Shown one piece after another: positions 41,755 to 52,213 of a stretch of 64,000 nucleotides of DNA (position 1 is its first letter; every line of letters begins with the position of its first letter). The notes beneath the pieces were generated by a model, which was given only the letters and a program-made list of their open reading frames with translations, did not search any database and was not told the DNA's origin. Source of the stretch: an uncultured Candidatus Saccharibacteria bacterium (lineage in GTDB: Bacteria > Patescibacteriota > Minisyncoccia > Phycocordibacterales > CALRHW01); NCBI GenBank assembly GCA_964390845.1, contig CAYMIL010000002.1, positions 33,885 to 97,884 of the forward strand, in the 5' to 3' direction. Both the position numbers and the translations under genes were made by a program.

Positions 41755-42517
41755 TGGCAGTTATGTTGATAATGTCTGCAAATGCAACCTTATCGAGACT
41801 CTGGCGCCCCACAAGAAAACCATCAACAGCACCCTGCTCCATGATGTCCCCCGCATTAATAGGCGCCACAGAACCGCCGTAGAGAATATAGACATCGGCA
41901 GACTCTTCTTTACCGTACATGTCAGCAAGGACTTTTCGAATAAAAATAGACATGTGCTGAATGTCCGCCCCAGACATCGCTTCAGAAAAACTTTTACCAA
42001 TAGCCCACACAGGCTCATACGCAATCACAAGCCCAGAGAGCATTCGCTTTGGAACACGCGCGAGAGATTCTTTTATTTGGTTTTTTACAACCTCAAGATA
42101 CGCACCATGCTCATCGCGTGTTTGTTCACCAATACACACAACCGTTGCGATTCCAGCTTTCAGTGCAGCGAATGCCTTCTTTGACACCATATCATCAGTT
42201 TCACCGCGCGCGCGACGCTCCGAATGACCGACAATTACATACGATGCGCCAAGGGAAGCAAGCATTGAGGCGCTCACGTCGCCCGTAAACGAGCCCGCAT
42301 CCTCCCAAAACACATCCTGCGCACCAAGATAGAGAGGCTTTTTAAACCGAGTACACGCCGAAAGGAACGGAAATGGCGGACACACAACAACATCCACACC
42401 ACGCACCTTTTGCATCACTCGCTTTACCGATGCAACAAGCGCTCGAGTTTCTTCAAGCGTCTGCGGATTCATCTTCCAGTTCCCCACAACTAGCTTTCTG
42501 CGTTTTCCGTTTTTCAT
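41741..42517 (-). CDS. tpiA: triosephosphate isomerase
   Basis: GNWKMN, GHSERR, AYEPVWAIG, LYGGSV. Confidence 0.97.
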
Positions 42518-42567
42518 GTCACTATTTTACCACACCGCACACACCTCACTGCACACGACAAAGGGTA

Positions 42568-43788
42568 CTAGATAGCGTCAACAAGAGAATACATCGGTCC
42601 AAGCATAGAGATTGCAAAGAATCCGACCGCGATACCAATAAACACCATAAGAAACGGCTCAATGATTGTCGACATATCTTTTGTCTTTTGGTCGACCTCA
42701 TCCTCGTAAAACTGAGCAACGTTTGTAAACATTTCAGACAATTTTCCAGTTTCTTCGCCAATACTCGTCATTTCACCCACAAACACGGGGTACAGTTTCT
42801 CGTGCGCAAGGAAGATGCCCGACATCGGCTCTCCTTTCTCGACACTACTTTCTGCCTCTGCAAGCACTGTTTTGTAATAAGAGTTTTGAATCACATCTTT
42901 TGTAATACGAATGGCTACCAGCACATCAACACCTGAGGACAGGAGGGAGGAGAGGGTGCGCGCTGTTCGAGCGGCGTTTACGTTTTTTACAATTGGTGAA
43001 ACAAGTGGAATATGAAGGACGATTGTATCAAGTGTGCGCTTACCTGAAGCAGTACGCGCAAAGAGATATACACCACACGCAAGCGCAATGAGCGAGCCGA
43101 GGGAAATTAAAATATTGTTTTTCAAAAAATCAGAGAGGAAGATTACGATGCGCGTCGACAGCGGAAGTGTAAGCTTAAGCTCGCGAAACGTTGCGGTGAG
43201 TGTCGGCACAAGATACACAAGCATAAGAACACCGATAACAAGCATAATGGAAAGTACGATACCAGGATAAATGAGCGCGCCGCGCACCTTTTTCGTCAGC
43301 AAATATGCCTTCTCAAGCTGGTCAGCAACTGTTTTAAGGGCGATAGTAAGCGTACCACTCTGCTCTCCAGACTTTACCATCGAGACGAAAAGTGTCGAAA
43401 ATGCCGACGGATGCTTTACCATTGCCTCACTAAGCTCACTTCCCTTGCTAATATCTGCCGAGAGGTTTGCGATGACACTCTTAAGTTTCTTATTCTTTGC
43501 TTGACGTTCCATCACAGAAAGAGCACGAGCCATCGGCAAACCCGCGGTAATCATCGTGCCAAGATTGCGCGCAAACAAAATACGGTCAATTGTTTTGACA
43601 CTTCCACCCTGAAGGCTCGCGAAAGCACTCGCAAGAAACCCTGAACGCTGTTTTTTTTCTTCTGCAAAGGTAACCGTTCCACCCTCCCCCTTTATCTGAC
43701 TATACAGCGCAGATTTATTTGCGGCCTCTTGCTCACCTTCATATCGCTCACCCGACGCATTAATAGCTTTAAATGTAAAAATTGGCAT
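42568..43788 (-). CDS. pilC: type IV pilus platform protein PilC/GspF
   Basis: MVKSGEQSG, ALIYP, IGEETG, IIEP. Confidence 0.93.
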   Translation of the reverse strand: MPIFTFKAINASGERYEGEQEAANKSALYSQIKGEGGTVTFAEEKKQRSGFLASAFASLQGGSVKTIDRILFARNLGTMITAGLPMARALSVMERQAKNKKLKSVIANLSADISKGSELSEAMVKHPSAFSTLFVSMVKSGEQSGTLTIALKTVADQLEKAYLLTKKVRGALIYPGIVLSIMLVIGVLMLVYLVPTLTATFRELKLTLPLSTRIVIFLSDFLKNNILISLGSLIALACGVYLFARTASGKRTLDTIVLHIPLVSPIVKNVNAARTARTLSSLLSSGVDVLVAIRITKDVIQNSYYKTVLAEAESSVEKGEPMSGIFLAHEKLYPVFVGEMTSIGEETGKLSEMFTNVAQFYEDEVDQKTKDMSTIIEPFLMVFIGIAVGFFAISMLGPMYSLVDAI

Positions 43789-43791
43789 AGA

Positions 43792-45546
43792 TTATTCTGA
43801 AATTACACGGAGAATTTCTTCGATTGTTGTGTGGCCTTGTACCGCCTTAAAGATGCCATCTTCAATCATTGTGAGCATTCCTTCTGTTTTTGCCTGCTTC
43901 TCAATGTCTTTATCTGTTTTCCCCTGCATCACAAGCTCTTTAATAGCAGGAGAAATTTTTAATATTTCATAAATGCCGACGCGACCACTAAACGCTTCTT
44001 CCTCAGAAGCACCCGCCTTTGGCCGATAAAACGGCACTTTGTCCCATGACACCTTACCCTCAACCACCTGCTCTTCTTTGAGGAACTTGAGTACACGATC
44101 GAGATCGACCGTTTTTTTGAGAGTTTCAATTTCAGCATCTGATAAAAAGTATTTTTCTTTTTTATCTGTGAGCTTTCGAACAAGACGTTGGGCAATGACG
44201 ATGTTGACTGTCGACACAATAAGAAACGGCTCAACCTTCATGTCGATAAGACGTGGGATAGCGCCCGCAGCGGAGTTGGTGTGCAATGTGGAAAGCACGA
44301 GGTGGCCCGTGAGCGACGCGTTGATCGCAAGCGACGCTGTTTCACCGTCTCGAATTTCTCCCACCATAATAATATCCGGATCCTGACGCACCAAGGTGCG
44401 CAACCCCGCAGAAAACGTGAGGCCAATTTCTGGCTTCACCTGTGTTTGGTTAATCCGATTCATCTGATACTCTACAGGATCTTCGATAGTGGAAATATTT
44501 ACATCCGGCGTGTTGAGAATATCGAGCAAGGTGTAGAGGGTTGTTGTTTTTCCAGAACCAGTCGGACCAGTGGTGAGAATCATACCCGTCGTGAGTTTCA
44601 TTGTGTGGTGAATACGCTCAAGCGCTTCTCCATGGAAGCCAAGCGCTTCCAGCGTAAAGCCTGAGGCTGTCTCACGCAACAAACGCATCACTGTCTTCTC
44701 TCCGTAATAGACAGGGAGTGTCGACACACGAAATGACACCTTTTCATTGTTAACCTCAATTTTGAAACGACCATCTTGAGGAAGGCGCTTCTCATCAAGC
44801 TTCAAATTTGCGAGCACTTTAATACGTGCCGTGATACTCGGCGCAATATTTCTCGGCAATGTCATCGCGTCGTGAAGTAGGCCGTCGATTCGGTAACGGA
44901 CAATCACCTGCTGTTCAAGTGGTTCAATATGAATATCGGAAGCATTTTGCAAAATAGCATGCTTGAGCAGTGTGTCGACAATACGCACAACAGGCACGTC
45001 CTCTGCGAGTTTCTTGAGGTCACTTTCAGACACATCCTCTCCCCCCTCATGTTCTTCTACTGTCTTGAGTGAGACCGCATCTTTTTGAATCAAATCGCCA
45101 AATTCTGCCTTGAGACTTTTCTGATACTGCAACAACGCCCCCTTCATCGACTCATTATCTGTAAGGCGGGGCAAAATTTTCAAACCTACTTTCTTTTTTA
45201 CGAAATCAATCGCCGTAAGATCGGCAATATCGAGCATCGCCACCTCAAGCGCGCCAGCAATTTTTTTAAAGGCAACAATGTTGTGGTTGCGAGCAATCGG
45301 CTCTGGCACAAGCGAGAGTACTTCAAAGTCGAGCTTCTGCCCTTTCAAGTCGACAAACGGTATGCCGAGCACGTGCGCGTGAATCCGGCGCAAATCGTCC
45401 TCACTAATCTTTCCTCGACTCACGAGAATTTCTCCAACGCTTACGTCGGTTGCCTTCGATTCTTTTTCTGCATCAGCAAAATCGGCTTTTGAGACAAGGC
45501 CTGCGTCAAGAATAAAATCCTTAAATTGTTTTTCTTCAACGTGCAT
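43792..45546 (-). CDS. pilB: type IV pilus assembly ATPase PilB/GspE
   Basis: ASDIHIEP, RLPQDGR, GPTGSGKTT, RQDPDIIMVGEIRD, LSTLHTN. Confidence 0.95.
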   Translation of the reverse strand: MHVEEKQFKDFILDAGLVSKADFADAEKESKATDVSVGEILVSRGKISEDDLRRIHAHVLGIPFVDLKGQKLDFEVLSLVPEPIARNHNIVAFKKIAGALEVAMLDIADLTAIDFVKKKVGLKILPRLTDNESMKGALLQYQKSLKAEFGDLIQKDAVSLKTVEEHEGGEDVSESDLKKLAEDVPVVRIVDTLLKHAILQNASDIHIEPLEQQVIVRYRIDGLLHDAMTLPRNIAPSITARIKVLANLKLDEKRLPQDGRFKIEVNNEKVSFRVSTLPVYYGEKTVMRLLRETASGFTLEALGFHGEALERIHHTMKLTTGMILTTGPTGSGKTTTLYTLLDILNTPDVNISTIEDPVEYQMNRINQTQVKPEIGLTFSAGLRTLVRQDPDIIMVGEIRDGETASLAINASLTGHLVLSTLHTNSAAGAIPRLIDMKVEPFLIVSTVNIVIAQRLVRKLTDKKEKYFLSDAEIETLKKTVDLDRVLKFLKEEQVVEGKVSWDKVPFYRPKAGASEEEAFSGRVGIYEILKISPAIKELVMQGKTDKDIEKQAKTEGMLTMIEDGIFKAVQGHTTIEEILRVISE

Positions 45547-45630
45547 CTGAACGTAGTGTTGACTTAAGTATAACAAAAAACACTCACCCTGAAGTGGATA
45601 AGTGTCTTTTGTGTTTAGTGAAAAATGAGA

Positions 45631-46635
45631 TTACTCGATTCGAAGCGCCCAACCAAATCGTGTCTCTCCACAATCATAGTCATTACCAGAGCTCAAACAA
45701 CTTGTTGGTGGCACACCTCCGATACTACCGATTGTTGTGCCGCCAGCGTACACGCCCATGTATACATATGGAGTAGCTGTATACATTTCACGGTCTGCTG
45801 TACTGTCTCCTATCTGATCCATTCGTGTAAGGTTCACAAGCCACTTTGCGCTTGCGCCGCCAGGGAGCGTTGGGCCAGCACCGCTGTTGAGCACATCACC
45901 TGCCCATGATGTAGACCATTTTGATCCATCCACACCGATATTATGTCCCGGCTCGTTTCCATACGCCTCCAAGTATCCGAAGGCAAAAGAGATTGTAGCC
46001 CCAACGCCCGTTGTTTGGTTGGTGCCCGTTCCATATGGAAGCATGACTGATCTCCAATCACCCTGACCGCCCGTACCTGTTGCAGTAAAGACCTTTCCGT
46101 TTGAAGGCGTGCCACCTGTTACCTGAAGTGTTCCCGCAACTTTCACGTTGGTTGAAGACTGGGACATGATGGAGTTTGAAAGTGTCGTGCCGTTTGGAGA
46201 AAAGAACGGAATGTAGTTTGTTGTACCAGAGCCACCAATACCACCTGTACCCCCACCTGATGGCCATGTGTCTTTACATACTCCTCGAATACACAATCCT
46301 CCAGCAGTTGCAGAACCTCCGTTGATGTATCCTTCAGTATTAATTTTATAGTTTGGATCATGTGCTACAGTTCCCGCGATAATTGAGCCTGCGGATGCGC
46401 GAAGCGCAACTTCAGGAGCACCTGTACCTATCACGAGTCCACCAATTTTTGTCTGAGAAGCACTGCTCACATTAATCGGCGCATCACATCCGGGGCTACC
46501 TGATGTACATGCCGGTGGCAATGATGACGGCGCAGACCAGTCTGCGCGAAGTGCGCCGATGCCAACGGTGAGCATAAGCGCGAGTACAATCACTTTCACG
46601 CTCTGCAGAATTTCTTGTTTATTTATGATTTTCAT
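45631..46635 (-). CDS. secreted Gly/Thr-rich fibre- or adhesin-like protein
   Basis: Signal-like N-terminus; WSAP...PINVS and LCIRGVC..WP motifs; Gly-rich linkers. Confidence 0.65.
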   Translation of the reverse strand: MKIINKQEILQSVKVIVLALMLTVGIGALRADWSAPSSLPPACTSGSPGCDAPINVSSASQTKIGGLVIGTGAPEVALRASAGSIIAGTVAHDPNYKINTEGYINGGSATAGGLCIRGVCKDTWPSGGGTGGIGGSGTTNYIPFFSPNGTTLSNSIMSQSSTNVKVAGTLQVTGGTPSNGKVFTATGTGGQGDWRSVMLPYGTGTNQTTGVGATISFAFGYLEAYGNEPGHNIGVDGSKWSTSWAGDVLNSGAGPTLPGGASAKWLVNLTRMDQIGDSTADREMYTATPYVYMGVYAGGTTIGSIGGVPPTSCLSSGNDYDCGETRFGWALRIE

Positions 46636-46675
46636 ACGTTGTTAATTAATCTATTACTATAAGTATACACCACTA

Positions 46676-46993
46676 CTACCTCATCGAGCCCACAGGGCTT
46701 GTCTCTCGAAGAAACTGTGCCTCCTGCTCCGGCGTCAGCGTCGATGAGACGCTTGCGCTCGACTCTGCGCGAAACTGTTTTTCCTGATCAGTAGAGAGTT
46801 GTGAGCCACTTGATGCGCTCGACTCTGCGCGAAAACGGTCCTCCTGACTCATCTCCGGCTCGCGAGAAGAATTGAAGAATGTAAAAATCGCAGCGAGAAC
46901 GATGAGGCACACGATAAACACAACAATCCAACGAGCCTTGTGCTGTGACGGAGGCATCGGAAACGTCTGTTGTGAGGGTGATTGAAATTCCAT
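46676..46993 (-). CDS. small single-TM protein with 20-aa repeats
   Basis: One TM helix; FRAESSAS occurs twice. Confidence 0.7.
   Translation of the reverse strand: MEFQSPSQQTFPMPPSQHKARWIVVFIVCLIVLAAIFTFFNSSREPEMSQEDRFRAESSASSGSQLSTDQEKQFRAESSASVSSTLTPEQEAQFLRETSPVGSMR
46754..46834. repeat. intragenic direct repeat, 60-bp period
   Basis: tgcgctcgactctgcgcgaaa identical at 46754-46774 and 46814-46834. Confidence 0.85.
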
Positions 46994-47004
46994 ATGTGTT
47001 GAGA

Positions 47005-49269
47005 TTAAAATTCGTTAATTGATGGACGAACGATAACTGTCGCCTCCGCTTGAGGACAGACCGCAACATTTCCATTTGCGTCGGTTACCGTGAGCTTTCC
47101 GTGCTTAATACCTGTTGTCTGATAAATCTTTGTAACGGAAACACCTGTTCCAGAAAGTCCGTTATCTCCGCTCCACTGGTATGTAAGCGGAGGCACGCCG
47201 CCAGCAACAGTTCCCACCCACGTAAGTGGCGCATTTACCAAATACGGTGGATCATCCTGAAGCTCACACGTTACATCGATAGGAGCGTCTAGTGTCGGAG
47301 CAATCACTTCGACAGTTACAGTAACTGTGCGTGACGTTGCACCACTCACTCCCGTAAAGACCACGTTGTAAATACCCGGCTCTGCATTTGCCCATGCCGC
47401 GATTGTTACTGTTGTTGAACATGTAGGGTTACATGTTTGAGTAGCCCCCGGAATTGAAACCGTAAGAGGAGTATCTTCGGATATGGATGAAGTAATTGTT
47501 ACAGCCTCACTCACACCCGCATCAAGAATTCGAGAGATCTTTGTTGTCTTTTGAGTACCACGGTCGATAGTAAGATACACGGGCATTGCTGAGAGGTGAA
47601 AATCAAACTTCCCTGAAGGCTTTCCATAGGTAACCTTCGGATATCCATCACTCGAAGAATGCGAACCTCCAAAATACAACCACCCAACAACATCACCGCC
47701 CCACGCATATCCAACAATTCGTCCCGTTGCCGCATGGTATGTAAGGCCACGAGTACCGTCAGTAAATCCAGAAGGATATGTTGGTCCTGAGAGACTTATC
47801 CATCCATCCCACCCTGATGTGAGGTCTCCAAGCACCGCCTTTGCCCACCCTTTTATTGTCATACTGTCAGACTGAAGTGTCGCGTTTTGTGTATATGGCT
47901 CAGCAGAAGAAGGAAAACCTGACAAATTTCCAAACTTAATCCAACCGATTGACGGCGACCATGCGTGTCCAGTGATTGTTCCTGGACCACCCATCGTGCC
48001 GCCGTTATTGATAGTCACAGCAAACGGTTTGTTTGTTGATGTTGTTGTCTGACAGTTGGTTGTCGCCGCAGTACCATCGTCTGCAACACCGTCTACAGTA
48101 GCCACGCCGTTCACAATCGGATACGCATCTTCACAGCTGTTCATTTTTACCCACCCAATATTTGAAGACCATGCCCATCCGAAGACATTTCCTGTCTCCG
48201 CTGTACCCGTAAGTACACACAAACCATTTTCTGCAGTATATCCAGATGGACATGTTCGCTCGCACTTTGTTGCCTTGGTACACGAAGCCACAAGACCCCA
48301 CTGTGTTGGCTGTGTTAGCCCAGTGTCGTCACTTGAACACATCGTTGAGAGCGGGTCGTATGATCCATAACACACGTTTGAAGCAATCGGTATACATGCA
48401 CCATTTGAAAGTGTGTAGCCAGCGGAACATGTCGCTTCACACTTTGCTGATGTACACGAAGACACCGCCGCCCATGATGCAGGACTCGTCAATCCAGAAT
48501 CGTCGCCGGAACACATCGTGGAATTTGACGGCTGACTGCCGGAACATGAATACGTTTCAACATCTCCTCCACCGCCATCAGACTGAGTGATTGGAGAAAT
48601 TTCTCTCCACGCGCTCCATGCCTGCATACAATCTTTCCAATTTCTTACTCCAACCCTCAAACTCTGTCCGTAATATGCGTTACCGCCAGTAGTAAGCCCC
48701 GCGACAAGATTCCACGCAGAATGAATGTCACTTCGCGTGTCAGACCACATCGCGTCAGACACTTCGCTAAAACTCTGATTTGCCAAAATAACAGCGACCT
48801 GCTGTGCATCGCCCACACCAGCATCTGGATCACCGGGAATAGTAATGGAGAGGTTGTTTACACCACTTGCAGAATACACATCAGAGAAGCTTGCCGAAAG
48901 GTATGACGGCGCGACAGGTGCTTCTTGAGTACAGACACCGCCCCCGTCGTCGGTACCATCAGAAAGACCGGAGTCGTCGCTCACACCGATATCGCCACCA
49001 CCAAGACTTGGGGGTGTTTGACACGTTCCCGCACCAGAGGTTGTACACGAGCCTGTTGTTCCTGCGCAGTATCCAGACTGACACTGAGCATTTGAACTAC
49101 AGATACCACCATTTCTTGTGTTGTTGTTACATGAAAGCACCTGAGTTCCCGAAACGCCCTGCACGGGTGTTGCTTGAGAAAATAGGAACAGTCCCGACAA
49201 AAGCACCGCGGCAAGCACTGCGAGCGTGACGAGCTGTTTATTGCGCACAATTCCTCGAATATGTTTCAT
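47005..49269 (-). CDS. large Cys-rich cell-surface protein with GxAW..GW repeats and PKD-like C-terminus
   Basis: N-terminal TM; two six-Cys repeats; GWAWSSNIGW-type repeats; YQWSGD...YQTTG.K...LTVTD. Confidence 0.75.
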   Translation of the reverse strand: MKHIRGIVRNKQLVTLAVLAAVLLSGLFLFSQATPVQGVSGTQVLSCNNNTRNGGICSSNAQCQSGYCAGTTGSCTTSGAGTCQTPPSLGGGDIGVSDDSGLSDGTDDGGGVCTQEAPVAPSYLSASFSDVYSASGVNNLSITIPGDPDAGVGDAQQVAVILANQSFSEVSDAMWSDTRSDIHSAWNLVAGLTTGGNAYYGQSLRVGVRNWKDCMQAWSAWREISPITQSDGGGGDVETYSCSGSQPSNSTMCSGDDSGLTSPASWAAVSSCTSAKCEATCSAGYTLSNGACIPIASNVCYGSYDPLSTMCSSDDTGLTQPTQWGLVASCTKATKCERTCPSGYTAENGLCVLTGTAETGNVFGWAWSSNIGWVKMNSCEDAYPIVNGVATVDGVADDGTAATTNCQTTTSTNKPFAVTINNGGTMGGPGTITGHAWSPSIGWIKFGNLSGFPSSAEPYTQNATLQSDSMTIKGWAKAVLGDLTSGWDGWISLSGPTYPSGFTDGTRGLTYHAATGRIVGYAWGGDVVGWLYFGGSHSSSDGYPKVTYGKPSGKFDFHLSAMPVYLTIDRGTQKTTKISRILDAGVSEAVTITSSISEDTPLTVSIPGATQTCNPTCSTTVTIAAWANAEPGIYNVVFTGVSGATSRTVTVTVEVIAPTLDAPIDVTCELQDDPPYLVNAPLTWVGTVAGGVPPLTYQWSGDNGLSGTGVSVTKIYQTTGIKHGKLTVTDANGNVAVCPQAEATVIVRPSINEF

Positions 49270-49360
49270 GACAAAAATGGTTAAGTACTCGTTTGAAATT
49301 ATATCACACGACACCTGCTCAGAAGCGCGCTATGCACAGTTTTTGACAGATAAGCCCGAC

Positions 49361-49428
49361 TTGACTTTTCTCTTTCAATTTACTATTATATGTGCATTGA
49401 AGTTCGCCCCCGGCGAGCTCATTTTTTT
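49361..49428 (+). promoter_or_regulatory. nusA promoter and leader terminator-like hairpin
   Basis: TTGACT-N17-TATTAT (49361-49389), then agttcgcc-ccc-ggcgagct-ca-T7. Confidence 0.6.
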
Positions 49429-49462
49429 AGATAACGCCGGTTTCCCGGCAACATACACACAT

Positions 49463-50620
49463 ATGTTAGACCTAAAAGTAATACATTCCGTACTCCACCA
49501 GCTCGAAGAGGAGCGCGGTATTCCGCAGGCAAAAATCCTCGAAGCGATCGAGATGGCGCTCGCGACCGCATACAAGAAAGAATATGGCGAAAAAGGCCAG
49601 ATTGTTCGCGCAAAATTCGACATCAATAGCGGAAAAACAGAGTTTTTCCAGGTGAAAATCGTTGTCGACGACACAACGGTTGTTGTCGCTGACAAAAACG
49701 GCGATGTCGACTTTGAGCGTGCTGAGAAAGAAGAGAAGGACATCTTCAACCCAGAGCACCACATCATGATCGACGATGCTCGAAAGATTAAGAAAGACGT
49801 TACCCTTGGAGAAGAGATGATTTTCCCTCTCGAAGGACGCGAAGAATACGGCCGAATTGCTTCACAGACCGCGAAACAGGTCATTATTCAGAAAATCCGC
49901 GAAGCAGAAAAGACAGCGGTGCTCGGCGAGTATGGTAAACAAGAAGGCCAGATTGTAAACGGCACTGTTCAGCGCATCGAACGTGGCACTATCTTTGTCG
50001 ACATGGGTCGCGCAACAGGTATCCTCTCCTACGAAGACCAGATTCCGGGTGAGCGATACTCTCAGGGTGAGCGCGTACGAGCATACTTGTACCGTGTAGA
50101 GGAAACTCCTCGAGGTGTTTTCCTTCGTCTTTCCCGTTCGCATCCGCAGTTTTTGCAGAAACTCTTTGAGGTTGAAACCCCAGAAATCGGCGCGGGTGTT
50201 GTAGAAATTAAGTCGATTGCACGCGAAGCGGGCTCTCGCACAAAAATTGCTGTTGCATCGACAGATGAACACATCGATCCTGTTGGCTCTATGGTTGGAC
50301 AGCGTGGCGTACGTGTATCGACTGTCATGAGCGAGCTTGGTGGCGAAAAAATCGATATTATTGAGTGGTCAGCAGACTCAAAAAAGTTTGTTGAGGACTC
50401 GCTCTCCCCTGCAAAAGTACTCTCTGTTGAAATTGATGAGACAGAAAAGAAGGCTACCGTAAAGGTTTCTGAAGATCAGCAGTCACTTGCTATAGGTAAG
50501 GGTGGACAAAATGTGCGCCTTGCCGCAAAACTCACTGGCTGGAAAATAGACATCCAGTCTACTGTTGGTGAACACATCGAAGAGACAGATGGCGAAGCAT
50601 CTACTGAAGAATCTCACTAA
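49463..50620 (+). CDS. nusA: transcription termination factor NusA
   Basis: GRIASQTAKQVI, AREAGSRTKIAV, SLAIGKGGQNVRLAAKLTGWKIDI. Confidence 0.97.
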   Translation: MLDLKVIHSVLHQLEEERGIPQAKILEAIEMALATAYKKEYGEKGQIVRAKFDINSGKTEFFQVKIVVDDTTVVVADKNGDVDFERAEKEEKDIFNPEHHIMIDDARKIKKDVTLGEEMIFPLEGREEYGRIASQTAKQVIIQKIREAEKTAVLGEYGKQEGQIVNGTVQRIERGTIFVDMGRATGILSYEDQIPGERYSQGERVRAYLYRVEETPRGVFLRLSRSHPQFLQKLFEVETPEIGAGVVEIKSIAREAGSRTKIAVASTDEHIDPVGSMVGQRGVRVSTVMSELGGEKIDIIEWSADSKKFVEDSLSPAKVLSVEIDETEKKATVKVSEDQQSLAIGKGGQNVRLAAKLTGWKIDIQSTVGEHIEETDGEASTEESH

Positions 50621-50648
50621 ACACATTAACAACTAACCATATTTCACT

Positions 50649-51173
50649 ATGAATTTGTGGCACGATATTGCTCCAGGAACAGCAGAATCAATTACAACAA
50701 TCGTTGAAATCAACAAGGGTTCAAAAAATAAGTACGAGGTAGACAAGGAAACAGGCCTCATTGCTCTCGACCGCGTCCTACACTCATCCCAAGACTTCCC
50801 TTTTGATTACGGCTTTGTACCGCAGACCCTCTGGGACGACGGCGATCCTGTAGACGTTGTACTCCTCACAACCTATCCCCTCATGCCGGGCATGCTTGTG
50901 CGCGTACGACCCGTCGCCATCATGAACATGACCGACAGTGGGGACTCTGACGCAAAGGTTATTGCTGTTCCCGTCGACGACCCTCGCTGGAATGATGTGC
51001 AAGACCTTGGCGACATCAACAAACACACCATAAAAGAAATCGAACACTTCTACGCAACATACAAAAAGCTCCAAAATAAAGAAGTTGTTGTTCATGGATT
51101 TGAAGGAAAAGATAAAGCAATAGAAGCATTTGCTCGAGGTACCGAGTTGTACAAGCAGAAATATCCAAAGTAA
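50649..51173 (+). CDS. ppa: inorganic pyrophosphatase (family I)
   Basis: NKYEVDKE, YGFVPQT..DDGDPVD, YKKLQ. Confidence 0.95.
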   Translation: MNLWHDIAPGTAESITTIVEINKGSKNKYEVDKETGLIALDRVLHSSQDFPFDYGFVPQTLWDDGDPVDVVLLTTYPLMPGMLVRVRPVAIMNMTDSGDSDAKVIAVPVDDPRWNDVQDLGDINKHTIKEIEHFYATYKKLQNKEVVVHGFEGKDKAIEAFARGTELYKQKYPK

Positions 51174-51191
51174 GCCATACGCTTATCCTCT

Positions 51192-51222
51192 ACAAAAAAC
51201 CCGCCTTGCGCGGGTTTTTTGT
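51192..51222 (+). terminator. intrinsic terminator
   Basis: acaaaaaacccgc-cttgc-gcgggttttttgt. Confidence 0.85.
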
Positions 51223-51259
51223 TATACTTATAGACATATCAGAATTAACAATACAATCT

Positions 51260-51880
51260 ATGAAACATGTAATCATTCCTTTGTGCATTATGGCCGTGGT
51301 GTATACAGTAGCACCGCTTCGCGCGGGAGCAATGGAGCCACAGCGCGGGTTTTTTGATGCACGCGTAAAAGTTGCTTCACCAGAAGATACTGAAAAAATG
51401 CGAGCTCTCAAGCAAGCTCCGACAATGAAACCCGAAATGCGGAAAGTGATGCTCGACGGCGCTACAGGCACACCTCGCGCCCTCCTCAACGCTCACCCAC
51501 GCATGATCGAGCGACTTGAGAAAAAGATGGAGACTGTGTCAGACACACAACGCCCAAAAGTTGAGGCACGATTGCAGAAAGCCGAAGATATTCTCACGGC
51601 GCGCATTGAAGCGGCACTTGAGCGATTTTCCGGCATCGTTGAGCGGCTCGAGTCTCGCATTGATACACTCAAAACAAACGGCGTAGATACAAGCGAAGCA
51701 GAAAAGCATCTTGCAGAAGCAAAGAGTGCGATTGATACAGCATCCGCTGGTCTTTCGGGAGATGCTCGCAGTGCAATACAGGAGATGAAATCAAATCTCT
51801 TCACTATCCGACAACACCTCTCAGAGACTATCGCGAGCCTCAAGGCTGGAGTAAACACCTCAGCAGAACCAACTCTTTAA
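51260..51880 (+). CDS. secreted coiled-coil protein (module A)
   Basis: Signal peptide; helical region RLESRIDTLKTNGVD. Confidence 0.7.
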   Translation: MKHVIIPLCIMAVVYTVAPLRAGAMEPQRGFFDARVKVASPEDTEKMRALKQAPTMKPEMRKVMLDGATGTPRALLNAHPRMIERLEKKMETVSDTQRPKVEARLQKAEDILTARIEAALERFSGIVERLESRIDTLKTNGVDTSEAEKHLAEAKSAIDTASAGLSGDARSAIQEMKSNLFTIRQHLSETIASLKAGVNTSAEPTL

Positions 51881-51900
51881 TCAACTAACATACACACATT

Positions 51901-52203
51901 ATGGAAACACCACACATGCAGTATCAGCCTCAGCAATCTCAGCAGGCACCAACACCAAAGCGCTCAACAACAGGTCCTGTTATTGGCATTGTCGTAGTAC
52001 TTGCAATGATTGTCGTTGGCGTTTTGTACTTCTGGGGCGAGCGTGTTGATACACTCAACAAAAATCGTGAGTTGCTTCAGAAAGGAGCAGACACGCAGGT
52101 TGAGCAACTTCAGACACAAAGCGCGTCAGATGACCTCACTTCTATCGAAGCAGATCTCGACGCAACCGATATCAATGCAATAGACACTGGCATTAGCAAC
52201 TAA
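51901..52203 (+). CDS. small single-TM protein with acidic C-terminal motif (module B)
   Basis: TM helix; QSASDDLTSIEADLDATD. Confidence 0.7.
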   Translation: METPHMQYQPQQSQQAPTPKRSTTGPVIGIVVVLAMIVVGVLYFWGERVDTLNKNRELLQKGADTQVEQLQTQSASDDLTSIEADLDATDINAIDTGISN

Positions 52204-52213
52204 CGCATACGTC

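Noticed and set aside
49226-49462. Long N-terminal extension of NusA
   Set aside because: It spans the promoter and leader and overlaps the divergent gene; MLDLK at 49463 is the plausible start
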